Shown here piece after piece: positions 26,622 through 39,468 of a DNA stretch of 64,000 bases (its first letter is position 1; every line of letters begins with the position of its first letter). Location of the stretch: the NCBI RefSeq assembly GCF_009914755.1, contig NC_060934.1; one strand, written 5' to 3'. The DNA comes from the human T2T-CHM13v2.0 reference genome, Homo sapiens. Under the pieces are notes generated by a model, which saw only the letters and a list, made by a program, of their open reading frames with translations, was not told where the DNA came from and did not search any database. The translations under genes were made by a program, and so were the position numbers.

Positions 26622-27914
26622 GGTTTTTTGTGTGCTAAAGTGTATATAATATTTACCATTTTAACCATTTTTAAGTGCACAGTTCAGAAGCATTAAGAAT
26701 AAACAACGTTGTATAACCATCACCATTATCCAGTTCCAGAATTTTTCATCACCTCACACAGAAACTCTGTACCTATTATCAACAACAAATTTTCATTCCC
26801 CCCTTGCCCTCAGTCTCTGGTAACCACTATTGAACTTTCTGTTTCTATGAATTTGCCCCTTCTCAGTGCCTAATATGAGTGGAATAATACAATATGGGTC
26901 CTTTGTGCCTAGTTTATTTCACTTACTGTAATGTTTTCAAGGTTCATCCATGTTATAATATGGATCAGAATTTTATTTCTTTTCAAGCATGAATAATAGT
27001 CCATGGTATGTCTATACCACATTGTTTATCCATTCATCAGCTGATGGATATTTGGGGGTTGTTTCTATCTTTTGGCTATTGTAAATGATGATGTTATGAA
27101 CAATGGTGTATAATGTCTGTTTGAGCACTGCTTTGAATTGTTTGGGGTATATACTTAGGAGCGGAATTACTGGATCATATGTCAATTCTATGTTTAATTT
27201 TTGAGGAACTGTCGAGCTGTCTTTCACAGCAGCTGCATAATTTTACATTCCCACCACAATGCATAAGAGCTTCAGTTTCTCAAAATCTTTACCAACATTT
27301 ATTTTTCTTTTTAAAAATATATAATAGCCATACTAATAGTATAAAGTAATATTTCATTGTGCATTTGATTTGCATTTCCCTAATGATAACTGATGTTGAG
27401 CATCTTTTCACATGCTTGTTGACCATTTGTATATCTTCTTTTGAGATATGTCTAATCAAGTCCTTTGTCCATTTTTTAATTGGGCTGGGTATTATTCTTC
27501 TGTTATTGTTGAGTTGCAGGAATTCTTTATATATTCTGCATAAAAGTTCCTTATCATATATTGATTTTCAAAATCTCTCTCCTATTCTATGGGTTGTTTT
27601 GATTTTTTTTTTTTTTTGCTTTCTCAACAGTGTCCTTTAATGTGTAAAATCTTTTAATTTTGATGAAGTCCAGTGTATCTACTTTTTTCTTTTGTTGCCT
27701 GTGATTTTGTTGGCATTTTCAATAAATCACTGCCAGATCTAATGTTATGAAGCTTTTGCTCTGTGTTTTCTTCTAGGAGGTGTTTTATAATTTCTACATT
27801 TCTACTTAGGTTTCTGATCCATTTCGAGTCAATTATTATATGCAATATAAGATAAAGATCCAAGGTCATTGTTTTGCATGTGAATATGTGTTTTTCCCAG
27901 CACCAATTATGAAG
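26622..27914 (-). mobile_element. L1MB-type 3' fragment, antisense
   Basis: tttaccattttaaccatttttaagtg 3' end; TSD atagtcaa on both sides. Confidence 0.85.
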
Positions 27915-28039
27915 ATAGTCAACGGATTTCTAATAAAGATACTGAAGAAATTCAATGCAGAAAGGGTAGTCTTTTCAAGATCAAGTCCTGGAACAGCTGG
28001 ACATCCATATGCAATTCTGTAGGAAAATGTTAGTGTTAC

Positions 28040-28455
28040 CCTATGCTGCTGTTCTCATGATAGTAAGTTCTCATGAGATCTGATGGTTTTATAAGGGGCA
28101 TTTCTCCCTTCTTCTTGGCACCTCTCCTTCATGCCATCATGTGAAGAAGGACACGTTTGCTTTTCCTTCTGCCATGATTGTAAGTTTCCTGAGGCTTCTC
28201 CAGCCCTGAGGAACTGCGAGTCAATTAGAACTCTTTCCTGGCCAGGCATGGTGGCTCATGCTTGTAATCCAAGCACTTTGGGAGGCCGAGGCGGGGCAGA
28301 TCACTTGAGGCCAGGAGTTCGAGACCAGCCTGGCCAACATGGTGAGACCCTGTTTCTACTAAAAATAAATAAATAAACAAATAAATAAACTCTTTCCATT
28401 ATAAATTACCCAGTCTCGGGTATGTCTTTATTAGCAACATGAGAATGGACTAATA
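28040..28455 (+). mobile_element. THE1D-like LTR (5'-truncated) split by an Alu monomer
   Basis: ctcatgagatctgatggttttataagggg...gattgtaagtttcctgaggc...ggactaata. Confidence 0.8.
28240..28388 (+). mobile_element. Alu left-arm monomer with TSD
   Basis: TSD aactctttcc; AluS-type left arm followed by (TAAA)n. Confidence 0.85.
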
Positions 28456-28511
28456 GAGAGGTTTTAGAGATAATATCAAAAGGAAAATCCATGAAAGAAA
28501 AATTGGTAAGG

Positions 28512-28825
28512 GGCTGGGCGCAGTGGCTCACGCCTATAATCCCAGCACTTTGGGAGGCCGAGGCGGGTGGATCACCTGAGCTCAGGAGTTCAAGACCAGC
28601 CAAGCCAACATGATGAAACCCTGTCTCTACTAAAAATACAAAAATTAGCTGGATGTGGTGGTGCATGCCTGTAATCCCAGCTACTCAGGAGGCTGAGGCA
28701 GGAGAATCACTTGAACCCGGGAGACAGAGGTTGTAGTGAGCCAAGATTGTATCACTGCACTCCAGCCTTTCCAACAGAGTAAGACTCCATCTCAAAAAAA
28801 AAAAAAAAAAAAAAAAGAAAGAAAA
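28512..28825 (+). mobile_element. AluSx/Sp
   Basis: Full Alu; TSD aaaat(t/a)ggtaag. Confidence 0.92.
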
Positions 28826-28858
28826 ATAGGTAAGTTGAACTTTTCAAAATTAAGAACA

Positions 28859-30598
28859 TAATTCTATTTACAGTAGCATCCAAAAGAATAAAATACCTAA
28901 GAGTAAATGTAACCAAGGAGGTGAAAGACTCATACACCTAAAACTACAAAACATTGAAAAAAATAAAGAAGACCTAAATAAAAAGAAAGACATTATTCAT
29001 CTATAGATTAAAAGACTTAATATTAAGATATTTTAGCAGCATTAGTTTTAGCAGCATTAGTGATCTACAGATCAAATGTAATTCCTATAAAAATTCCAAC
29101 AACCTTTTATTCAGAAATGGGACAGACAGTCCTCAAACTTCTATGGAATTGAAGAGGATCTCAAATAGCTACAACAATATTGAAAAAAGCAAAACAAAGT
29201 TGAAAGACTAAAACTTCTCAATTTTAACACTTATTTCAACTCTATGGTAATATAAAATTCTACACACACAACAATGGAATAAAATTGAGAGTCTAGAAAT
29301 AAACCCAAATATCTATGGACAACTGACTTTCAACAACCGTGCAAAGATCATTTAATGGGGAAAGAAAAGTATTTTCAACAAATGATGTTGGGACAACTGG
29401 ACATCCACATGCTAAAGAATAAATTTGGACTCCTACTTTACTTCATATACAAAAATTAATACAGAATAGATTAATTACATAAATATAACCACTAAAACAA
29501 TAAAACTCTTAGAAGAAAACAGTAGATTTCTATATCTGACACCAAAAACATGGTAATAAAAGAAAAAATTGATAAATTAGACTTTACCAAAATTAAAAAC
29601 TATTGTGCATTAAATGACACTATCAAAAGAGTAAAAACACTGCCTACTGAATGAGAGAACATATCTGCAAATCTTATATCTGATAATGGTGTCATACGTG
29701 GACTATATAAAGAACTCTCGCAACCTAGCAACAGAAAGACAAACAAACAAATTTAAAAGTGGTTAAAGGACTTGAATAAACATTTCTCAAAAGAAGATAT
29801 GAAAATAGCCAACGACCACATAAAAATATGTTCGACATCGTTGGTCATTAAGGTAATGTAAATCAAGATCACAAGATCCCACTTTACATGCATGAGGACA
29901 ACAATGTTTAAGAAAAAAAAAAACTGAACATAACAAGTGTTGGTAAGGATATGGAGAAATAGAAACCCTCATACATTGGGAATCTAAAATGGTGCAGCTA
30001 CTTTGAAAAACAGTTTGATAGATCCTCAAAAAGTGAAACATAAAATTAACATATGACCCCACAATTTCATTCAGATTTATACCCAAGAGAAACGAAAATA
30101 TAAATCATCACAGAAACTTGTACATGAATGTTTATAGCAGCATTAAGCATAGTAACCAAAAGGTGGAGACAACCCAAATATCCATCAATGAATGAAGGGA
30201 TAAACGAATTGTGGTATATACATGCAATGGCATATTACTCAGACATGAAAAGGAAATAAATATCAATACATGCTACAACTAGGATGAATCTCAAAAACAG
30301 TATGCTAAGTAAGAAGCCGTACACAAAAGGTCATAAATTGTATAATTTTTATATGAAATATCCACAATAGGCAAATACATAGAGACAGAAAGTAGATTAA
30401 TTGTTGCCAGGTGATAGTGAGAGAATAGAATAAGTAATTACTTAAGAGGTTTGGGGTTTCTTCTTATGTGAGGAGAAAGTTTCAAAACTAGAGAGAGATG
30501 GTGGCTGCACAACATTCTGAATGCACTAAATATCCATGAATTGTACACTTTAAAATGGTTAATTGCATGTTATATAAATGTCACCTTAACAAAATAAA
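28859..30598 (+). mobile_element. L1MB 3' 1.7 kb
   Basis: ORF2 3' half plus 3'UTR ending ttgtacactttaaaatggttaa...aaaataaa. Confidence 0.85.
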
Positions 30599-31122
30599 GT
30601 CCCTTGCTTTGTGAAAAAAACTGTTAAGAGAATGAAAATACAAGACACAGGTGCAGACCAAAAATTGCAAAACAGATCTATGATAAATGACTTGTTTTTA
30701 AAATACACAAAGAATGCTTAAAACCAAATAGAAGAAAACAAATGACCCAATTAAAAATGGGACAACATCCAGAATGGCTGAGAACCTCCAGAAATCTGCT
30801 CTTCCACAAAAATAATTAGTACCCTGACCCCAAAAGTTGTCCAAATCAACATTTTCAGAACTCTAGAAATTGAGTAAGATTTGAAAAAACTCTAGGAGCT
30901 TTTATTCAAGAAAACCAACTGAATCTTGAAAAGAAGAATGAACTTTGGGGCATTATGACTTGCCCTAATCCCATCCTCCTCTGTCCAGCTTCACAGTAGC
31001 CATGGAAAACAACAGCCTCACAACTACAGTGGTTGTGAAAAACACTGACAGCCTAGCAGCCACTGTAAGGGACAGAAGAGATTTGGATCTCCCAAAAATC
31101 CCTTCTTTAGAGATTATTATTA

Positions 31123-33806
31123 CAGGCATACCACATTTTATTGTGCTTAACTCTATTGCATTTCCTCAATACTGCATTTTTTACAAATGTTAAGATTTGT
31201 GGTAACCCTGCAATGAACAAGTCTATGGACATTACTTTCCAACAGTATGTGCTCAATCAGTGTCTCTACGTAACATTTGGTAATTATCATGATATTTCAA
31301 ACTTTTTCATTATTATATCTGTTATGGTGATCTGTGATCGGTGATCTTTGATTTAGTATTTTAATTGTTTTGGGGCGCGATGAACTGCACCCATATTAGA
31401 TGGCAAGCTTAATCAATAAATGTCGTGTGTGTTCTGACTGCTGCATCAATAAGCCATTACTCCATCTCTTTCCCTCTCCATGGGCCTCCCTATTCCCTGG
31501 TATACCATAATATTGTAATGAGGCCAATTAATAATCCTACAATGGCCTCCAGATGTTCAAGTGAAAGGAAGAGTCACATGTCTTTCACTTAAAATCAAAA
31601 GCTAGAAATGATTAACCTTAGTGAGGAAGATGTATCAAAAGTTGAGACAGGCCAAAAGCTAGGCCCCTGTGCCAAACAGTCAAGTCGTGAATGCAAAGGA
31701 AAACTTACTGATGGAAATTTAAAGTGCTACTCCAGTGAAAATACAAATGATAAGAAAGCAAAACAGCCTTATTACTGACATGGAGAAAGCTTGAGTGTTC
31801 TGGATAGAAGATCAACCAGCCACAACATTCACTTAAGCCAAAGCCTAACCCAGAGCAAGACCCTGACTCTCTTCAATTCTGTGAAGGCTGAGAGAGGTGA
31901 GGAAGCTGCAGAAGAAGGGTTGGAAGCTAACAGAGGTTGGTTCATGAAGTTTAAAAAAAGAAGCCATGTCTGTAACATAAAAGTGCAAGGTGAAGCAGCA
32001 AGTGCTGATGTAGAAGCTACAGCAAATTATCCGGAAGATCTAGCTAAGGTAATTAATGAAAGTGGCCACACTAAATAAAAGATTTTCAGTGTTGATGAAA
32101 CAGCCTTCCATTGGAAGAAGATGCCATACCGGATTTTCATAGCTAGAGAAGAAAAGCCAGAAAAGCTTCAAAGGACAGGCTGACTCTCATGTTAGGGGCT
32201 AATGCAGCTGGTAACTTTAAGTTGAAGCCAGTGCTCACTTACCATTCTGAAAATCCCAGGGCCCTTAAGAATTATGCTAAATCAACTGCCTGTGCTTTAT
32301 AAATGAAAGAACAAAGCCTGGATGGGCATGGTTTACTGAATATGTTAAGCTCACTGTTGAGTCCTACTTCTCAGATGGAAAGGTTTCCTTCAAAATATTA
32401 GTGCTCATTGACAGTGCACCTGGTCATCCAACAGCTCTGATGGAGATGTACAAGGAGATTAATGTTTTCATGCCTGCTAACACAGCATCCATTCTGCAGC
32501 CCATGGACCAAGGTAATTTCAACTTTCAGTCTTATTTAAGAAATACATTTCCTAAAGCTATAGCTGCCATAGAAAATGATTCCTCTGATGGATCTGGGCA
32601 AAATAAATTGAAAATCTTCTGAAAAGGATTCACCATTCTAGATGCCATTAAGGACATTTATGTTTCATTGTGGAAAGTCAAAATATCAACATTCACAGGA
32701 GTTTGGAAGAAGCTGGTTCCAACTTTACGGAAGACTTCAAAGGGCTTAGGACTTCAGTGTAGAAACTGTAGATGTGGTAGATATAGGAAGAGAACTAGAA
32801 TTAGAAGTGGAGCCTGAAGATGACACTGAATTGCTGCAATCTCAGGATAAAGCTTGAATGAGTAAGGAGTTGCTTCTCATGGATGAGCAAAGACTATGGT
32901 TTTTTAATATGGAATCTACTTCTGATAAAGATGCTGTGAACATTGTTAAAATGACAACAAAAGATTTAGAATATTGCATAAACTAGTTGGCAAAGCAGCA
33001 GCAGGGTTTGAGACGATTGACTCCAATTTGGAAAGATGTTCTACTGTGAGTAAACAGCATCATACGCTACAGAGAAATTTTTAGTGAAAGGAAAAGTCAA
33101 TTGATGTGGCAAACTTCACTGTTGTCTTATTTTAAGAAAGTGCCACAGCCACCCCAAGTTTCAGCAACCACCACTTTCATCAGCCATTAACATCGAGGCA
33201 AGACCTTTCACCAGCAAAAAGATTACAAACTCACTGAAGGCTCAGATGATTGTTAGCATTTTTCAGCAATAAAGTTTTTTTATTATGGCATGCAGATTGC
33301 TTTTTTAGACATAATGATACTGCACATTTAAAAGACTTCAATGTATTAGAAACTTAACTTTTATTTTTATTTTTTGAGATAGGCTCTCACTCTGTCACCC
33401 AGGCTGGAGTGAACTGGCATGATTACAGCTCACTGAGCCTCCAATTCCTGGGCTGAAGTGATCTTCCCACCTCACCTCACTGATTAGGTGGGACCACAGG
33501 CGTGTGCCACCACACCTGGATAACTTTTTTATTTTTTGTAGTGATGAGGTCTCACAATATTGCTCAGGCTGGTCTTGAACTCCTGGGCTCAAGTGATCCT
33601 TCTGCCTTGACCTCCCAAAGTGCTGGAATTACAGGCATGAACCATCTGTGGCCTCCCAAGTGCTGGAATTATAGGCATGATTGTTATGTTACACTCAGCC
33701 TGTAAACATAACTTTTATATGCCTTGGGAAACAAAAATATTTATGTGATATTCACTTCATTACAATGATCTGAAACCAAACCCACAATATCTCTGAGGCA
33801 TGCTTA
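31123..33806 (+). mobile_element. Near full-length Tigger1 DNA transposon with decayed transposase
   Basis: TA|caggcatacc... and ...gaggcatgctta|TA; remnants [38 protein letters not shown]. Confidence 0.93.
33358..33700 (-). mobile_element. AluJ inside Tigger1, with an internal duplication of about 30 bp
   Basis: TSD aaac(t/a)taactttt; cctccca(a)agtgctggaatta.aggcatga occurs twice. Confidence 0.88.
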
Positions 33807-33934
33807 TAGTTAGACTGTCTGGAATCTCAATGAAAAAGTCAATTATCAGAGTTTTTCTCTATTTGATATGACTTAGGGCTTGCTCTGTCTGAGCAGCCTT
33901 ATCTCCAGGGCATTCATCGAAAACAACCAGTGGT

Positions 33935-34275
<341 letters not shown>

Positions 34276-35784
34276 CTAACAAAAAGCTGACCAAAAAAAA
34301 AAAAAAAAATTAAAAGGAATTGAGATGTCCTTAGGGAATTTCAAAAAGTTTTGTCATATTCCTGAGAATCTAGAAGATGACCTGCATTTGCAGGGCTGTA
34401 TAGATGCCCAAGAAAGGTTCAGTTTTCACCTCTGATTGACTTTAAGGCCCTGAGCAAGTAGAAGAGGGGTTTTCTGCAAGAAGAAAGTGAAAGCATAACA
34501 GGGAATTGAAGATATGCCACATACAGAATACCCTGGCAAAAGCTGAGGGACATATCGATTCAAGGCATTTTAAGAAATTTCTGTCTGATTATTAGCTGAC
34601 CCTTAATCTAACTGCAGTTACTGCAGTGGCCACACATGATGAAGAATACAAACTTTCCAGAATTCTTTCAGGAAACAGCAGCAACAACTACTGCAACAAA
34701 AGCAATAAACCCTGAGTTAGGGGAGGGGGATCTAATTTCCAGATTTGCCACATTATATTATTTTAAATACCCAATTTTTAACAAGAGATTAACACACATA
34801 AAAAAACATGAAAAAATGGTTCATGCACAAGAAAATATACAATGAAAAAGATAAAAAAGAAAAAGGAAAAAATTGAAGAAATGATAGCGCAAAAATGTCC
34901 CAAATTTGGTAAAAAAAAAAAAAAAAAATTAATTTGCACATGCAAGCAGGATAAACTCAAAGAGATCCACACCTAGACACGTTGTAGTTGAAATGTCAAA
35001 AGCCAAAAAAAAGTGAGAATATCTTGAAAGTTGCAAGAGAAAAGCAGTTTATTACATACAAGGAGTCCTAAATAATATGAATAGCTTACTTGTCATCAGA
35101 AACCATGAAGGCCAGAAGACTGTGAGATAACATATTCAATTTGATGAACAACAACAACAAAAAAAACCTGTTAAACAGAACTTTATATCCAACAATACTA
35201 TTCTTCAAAAACAAGGGAAAAATTTAAAAATTCCCAGATAATCAAAAGCTGAGAGAATTTCTTATTATGAGACCTACCCTAGAAGAAATACTAAAAGAAG
35301 TACTTAGGGTTTAAATGAAAGGACATTAAGCAGTAACTTGAATCCACAAAACTAAATAAAAAGCACTGGTAAAAGTAACTACATAAGTTAATATAAAAGA
35401 CAATATAAATATATTTTTGTTTGTAACTCTTTTATTCTTCTATCTGATGTAAAAGACAACTGCATAAAGTAATAACTATAAAACGATGTTGATCAGCTAA
35501 TAAAGCACAAAGCTATAATTTGTACAGCAATAGTGCAAAGGAGAGTAGAGGAAACTCAGTTGAATTGAAGCAAAGTTTTTACTATTGAAATTAAGTTGGT
35601 ATTAATCTGAATTAGGTTGTTGTATTTTAAATTAAGATGTAAATTATAATCACCAAAGGAATCATTAAGGAAATCTCAAAAATTAGCAAAAGGAGGTAAA
35701 AAGTAATTAAAATGGTATACTACAAAATATGTATTTAACACAGAAAAGGCAGCTAAGGCAGAATAGAGAAAAAAAGCACATGAG

Positions 35785-36421
35785 TGTATTAGGGTTCTCT
35801 AGAGGGACAGAACTAATATATACGTATATTTTATATATATATAAAAAACTATATATATTACTTATATATAAACTGTTAGCCAGAACTTTATATCCAACTT
35901 TATATAATATACATTGTATATAATATATATTACTAATATATATTACTATATAATATAATATAGTATATATAAGTAATATATATTAGTAATATATATAATA
36001 TATATTACTTATATGTTATATTTTTAATATATATATATAAAGGGGTGTTTATTAAGTATTAATTTACATGATTACAAGGTCCCACAATAGGCTGTCTGCA
36101 AGCTGAGGAGCAAGGAGAGCCAGTCCAAGTCCCAAAACTAAAGAACTTGGAGTTCGATGTTCGAGGACAGGAAGCACCCAGCACGGGAGAAAGATGTAGG
36201 CTGGGATGCTAGGCCAGCCTCTCTTTTTCAAGTTGTTCTGCCTGCTTTATATTTGCTGGCAGCTGATTAGATTGTGCCCACTAGATTAAGTGTGGATCTG
36301 CCTTCCCCAGCCCACTGACTCAAATGTTAATCTCCTTTGCAACACCCTCACAGACACACCCAGCATCAACACTTTGTATCTTTCCATCCAATCAAGTTGA
36401 CACTCGGTATTAACCATCACA
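35785..36421 (-). mobile_element. MLT2A1 solo LTR (ERVL) with an expanded AT-rich tract
   Basis: tgtattagggttctctagagggacagaacta...ttaaccatcaca; perfect TSD ATGAG. Confidence 0.9.
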
Positions 36422-38227
36422 ATGAGATATACAGTAAACAAATAGGAAAATAGATGGAAATAGTATCTCATCAGTAAATTCATCAAATGCAAATGAACTA
36501 AGCACTTGAATCAAAAGGGAGAGATTGGCAGAATAGATTTTTTTTAAATGATCCAACTCTATATTCTCTCTCTAAAAAAAAAAAAAAACAGTTCAAATTA
36601 AGACACAATTGACTTGAAAATAAAAGAATGAAAAAAAGTATACCATGCACATAGCAACCAAATGACACCTTAAGTGGCTATACTAACCTCAGAAAATGTA
36701 GACATTAAGACAAAAATTATTACTAAAGACACTGAGGACATTTTATAATAACAGGGGAAACCCATCAGGAAGACATACCAATTATAAACAGATATATGTA
36801 CCATGCAACAGAACCCCAAAATACATGAAGCTGAAACTAACAGAATTAAGGAGAAAAATAGAAAGTTTAACAATAACAGAGACTTTAATACCCTAATTTA
36901 AAAAATGTACAGAACTACACCAAAGATGAACAAAGAAATGGAAAACTTGAACAACACTAAACCAACTACACCTTACAGATACCTGTAGACCATTTGAGAA
37001 AACAGCAAAATATGCATTCTTCCTAATGTACACAGGAACATTCTCTGGGAAAGACTACATGTCAGGCCACTAAAACAAACTTCAATACATTTAAATGAAA
37101 TAAAATTATACAGAGTATGTTCTCAGAACAAAATGGAATATAAACAGAAATCAATGACAAGAGGAATTTTGGAAAATTCACAAATATGTGGAAATTAAAC
37201 ACAACGCTAATAAATGACCAATGGGCCAAAGATGAAATCCCCAAGGGAAATTAGAAAATAATTGGAGATGAAGGGAAACAAAAATACAGCATACCAAAAC
37301 ATATGGGAAGCAGCTAAGCCAATGCTTAAATGAATACTTCTAGCTATAAACACCTACCTAAAATGAAGAAAGATTTCAAATTAAAAACTTATTCTTCTAC
37401 CTTAAAAAACTAGAAAAGAAGAGCAAATTTAAGGTGAAACAGCAGAAAAAAAGGAAATTATTAAGATCAGAGTGTAAATAAATGAGACTGAGAATAGAAA
37501 AATAGAGAAAATCAACAAAGCCAAAATTTTTTTATTTGAAAGCATTGATAACATTCTCAAAAGTTTCACTAGACTGAATAAGAAAAAAAGAGAGAAAACT
37601 CAAATTACTAAATCAGGAATGAAAAGAGGACATTACTACTGACATTACTGAAACAAAAAGAATTATAAGAGATTGCTATGGACAATTGTACTTCAACATA
37701 TTAATATAGGTGAAACAGACAGATTTCTACAAATATAAAAACCACCCGAACTGACTCAGGAAGAATTACAACCTCTGAATAAATGTATAAAAAGCAAAGT
37801 GATTATACTGTTAATAACAAAACTTCTTACCAAAAAAGTCCAGTCCCAGATAGCATCATTGATGAATTCCACCAAATATTTAAAGATGAATTAACATGAA
37901 TCCTTTATAAACTTTTCAAAAAAATGTATACATATAGGTACATATAGGAGCACAGGGAACATTTTCCCAACTCATTCTACAAGACCAGTATTATCCAAAG
38001 ATATCACCTGTTTAATTATAAGAGTAACATCAGATATACTCAAATAAAATAACAGTAAGCAAAATATCTGGCCATTAAGTGCTCCTCAAAACTGTCCAGG
38101 TCATTGAAAACAAAGAAAGTCCAGGAAACGGTCACAGTCCAGAGAAGTTGAAGGAAATATGATGACTAAATGTAACATGGTATCCTTGGAACAGAAAAAG
38201 GACATTAGGTAAAAACTGGAAATCTGA

Positions 38228-38678
<451 letters not shown>

Positions 38679-39017
38679 CTAAAGCCTTTCTAAAATGAAA
38701 AGTTTTTTTCTTTTTAAAAGCATATGGAACATGGCAACCATATCCTTTAGTCATGTTGCCAGATTAACTGATTTTCTACATAACTGACTTGATTGAATGT
38801 GAAATTGCGGGGAAGCTCTACTCAAGATTCCATGGCTCAGCTGGAGATCATAAAAGATGAATTTATAACATGGAGCTAACTCTTCACAATTGAGACGCAC
38901 TTGTTACCAAGAGATGAAAATGACTATATATAACGTCACGTATGGAGTTGGTAAGTTGGAGAGTTTATAAGAGAGCATCATCTCAAACCTTTCACTCTAG
39001 AAAAATACTTGGACAAA

Positions 39018-39146
39018 ACTGGACATGGCAGCTCATGCCTGTAATTCCAGCACTATAGGAGGCTGAGATGGGAGGATCACTTTAAGCCCAGGAGTTCAAG
39101 ACAAGCCTGGGAGCCTGGGCAACATAGGAAGACCCTGTCTCTACAA

Positions 39147-39180
<34 letters not shown>

Positions 39181-39320
39181 GCCAGTCTTGGTGGCGTGAA
39201 CCTGTAGTCCTAGCTACTCAAGGAGGCTGAGGTGGGAGGATTGTTTGAGCCCAGGAGGTAGAGACTGCAGTGAACCATGATTGTGCCATCGCACTCTAGC
39301 CTGGATAAGAGCAAAATCTT
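39018..39320 (+). mobile_element. AluJ with (AAT)n linker
   Basis: gggaggatcactttaagcccaggagttc; tail expanded into purine repeats. Confidence 0.88.
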
Positions 39321-39408
39321 GAGAAAGAAAGAAAGAAAAAGAAAGAGAGAGAAAGAGAGAAAAGGAGAGAAAGGAAGGAAGGAAAGAGGGAGGGAGGGAG
39401 GGAGGGAG

Positions 39409-39468
39409 GGAAGGAAGGAAGGAAGGAAGGAAGGAAGGAAGGAAGGAAGGAAGGAAGGAAGGAAGGAA
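39409..39468 (+). repeat. (GGAA)15 microsatellite
   Basis: 15 uninterrupted GGAA units preceded by (GGGA)n. Confidence 0.95.

Larger units (their letters stand above)
26430..30765 (+). mobile_element. Nested L1 cluster: old + strand L1 ORF2 split by younger L1MB, THE1D and Alu insertions
   Basis: Host pieces at about 26430-26620, 27916-28020, 28455-28510, 28830-28858 and 30600-30765 continue in ORF2 order. Confidence 0.7.

Noticed and set aside
29030-29061. Short tandem duplications (ttttagcagcattag x2; tacatatagg x2 at about 37927; atgatgca x3 at about 48664)
   Set aside because: Ordinary slippage products with no sign of function.
31791-32622. Transposase-like ORFs suggesting a TIGD gene
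   Set aside because: Short pieces of a decayed Tigger1 with in-frame stops and frameshifts.
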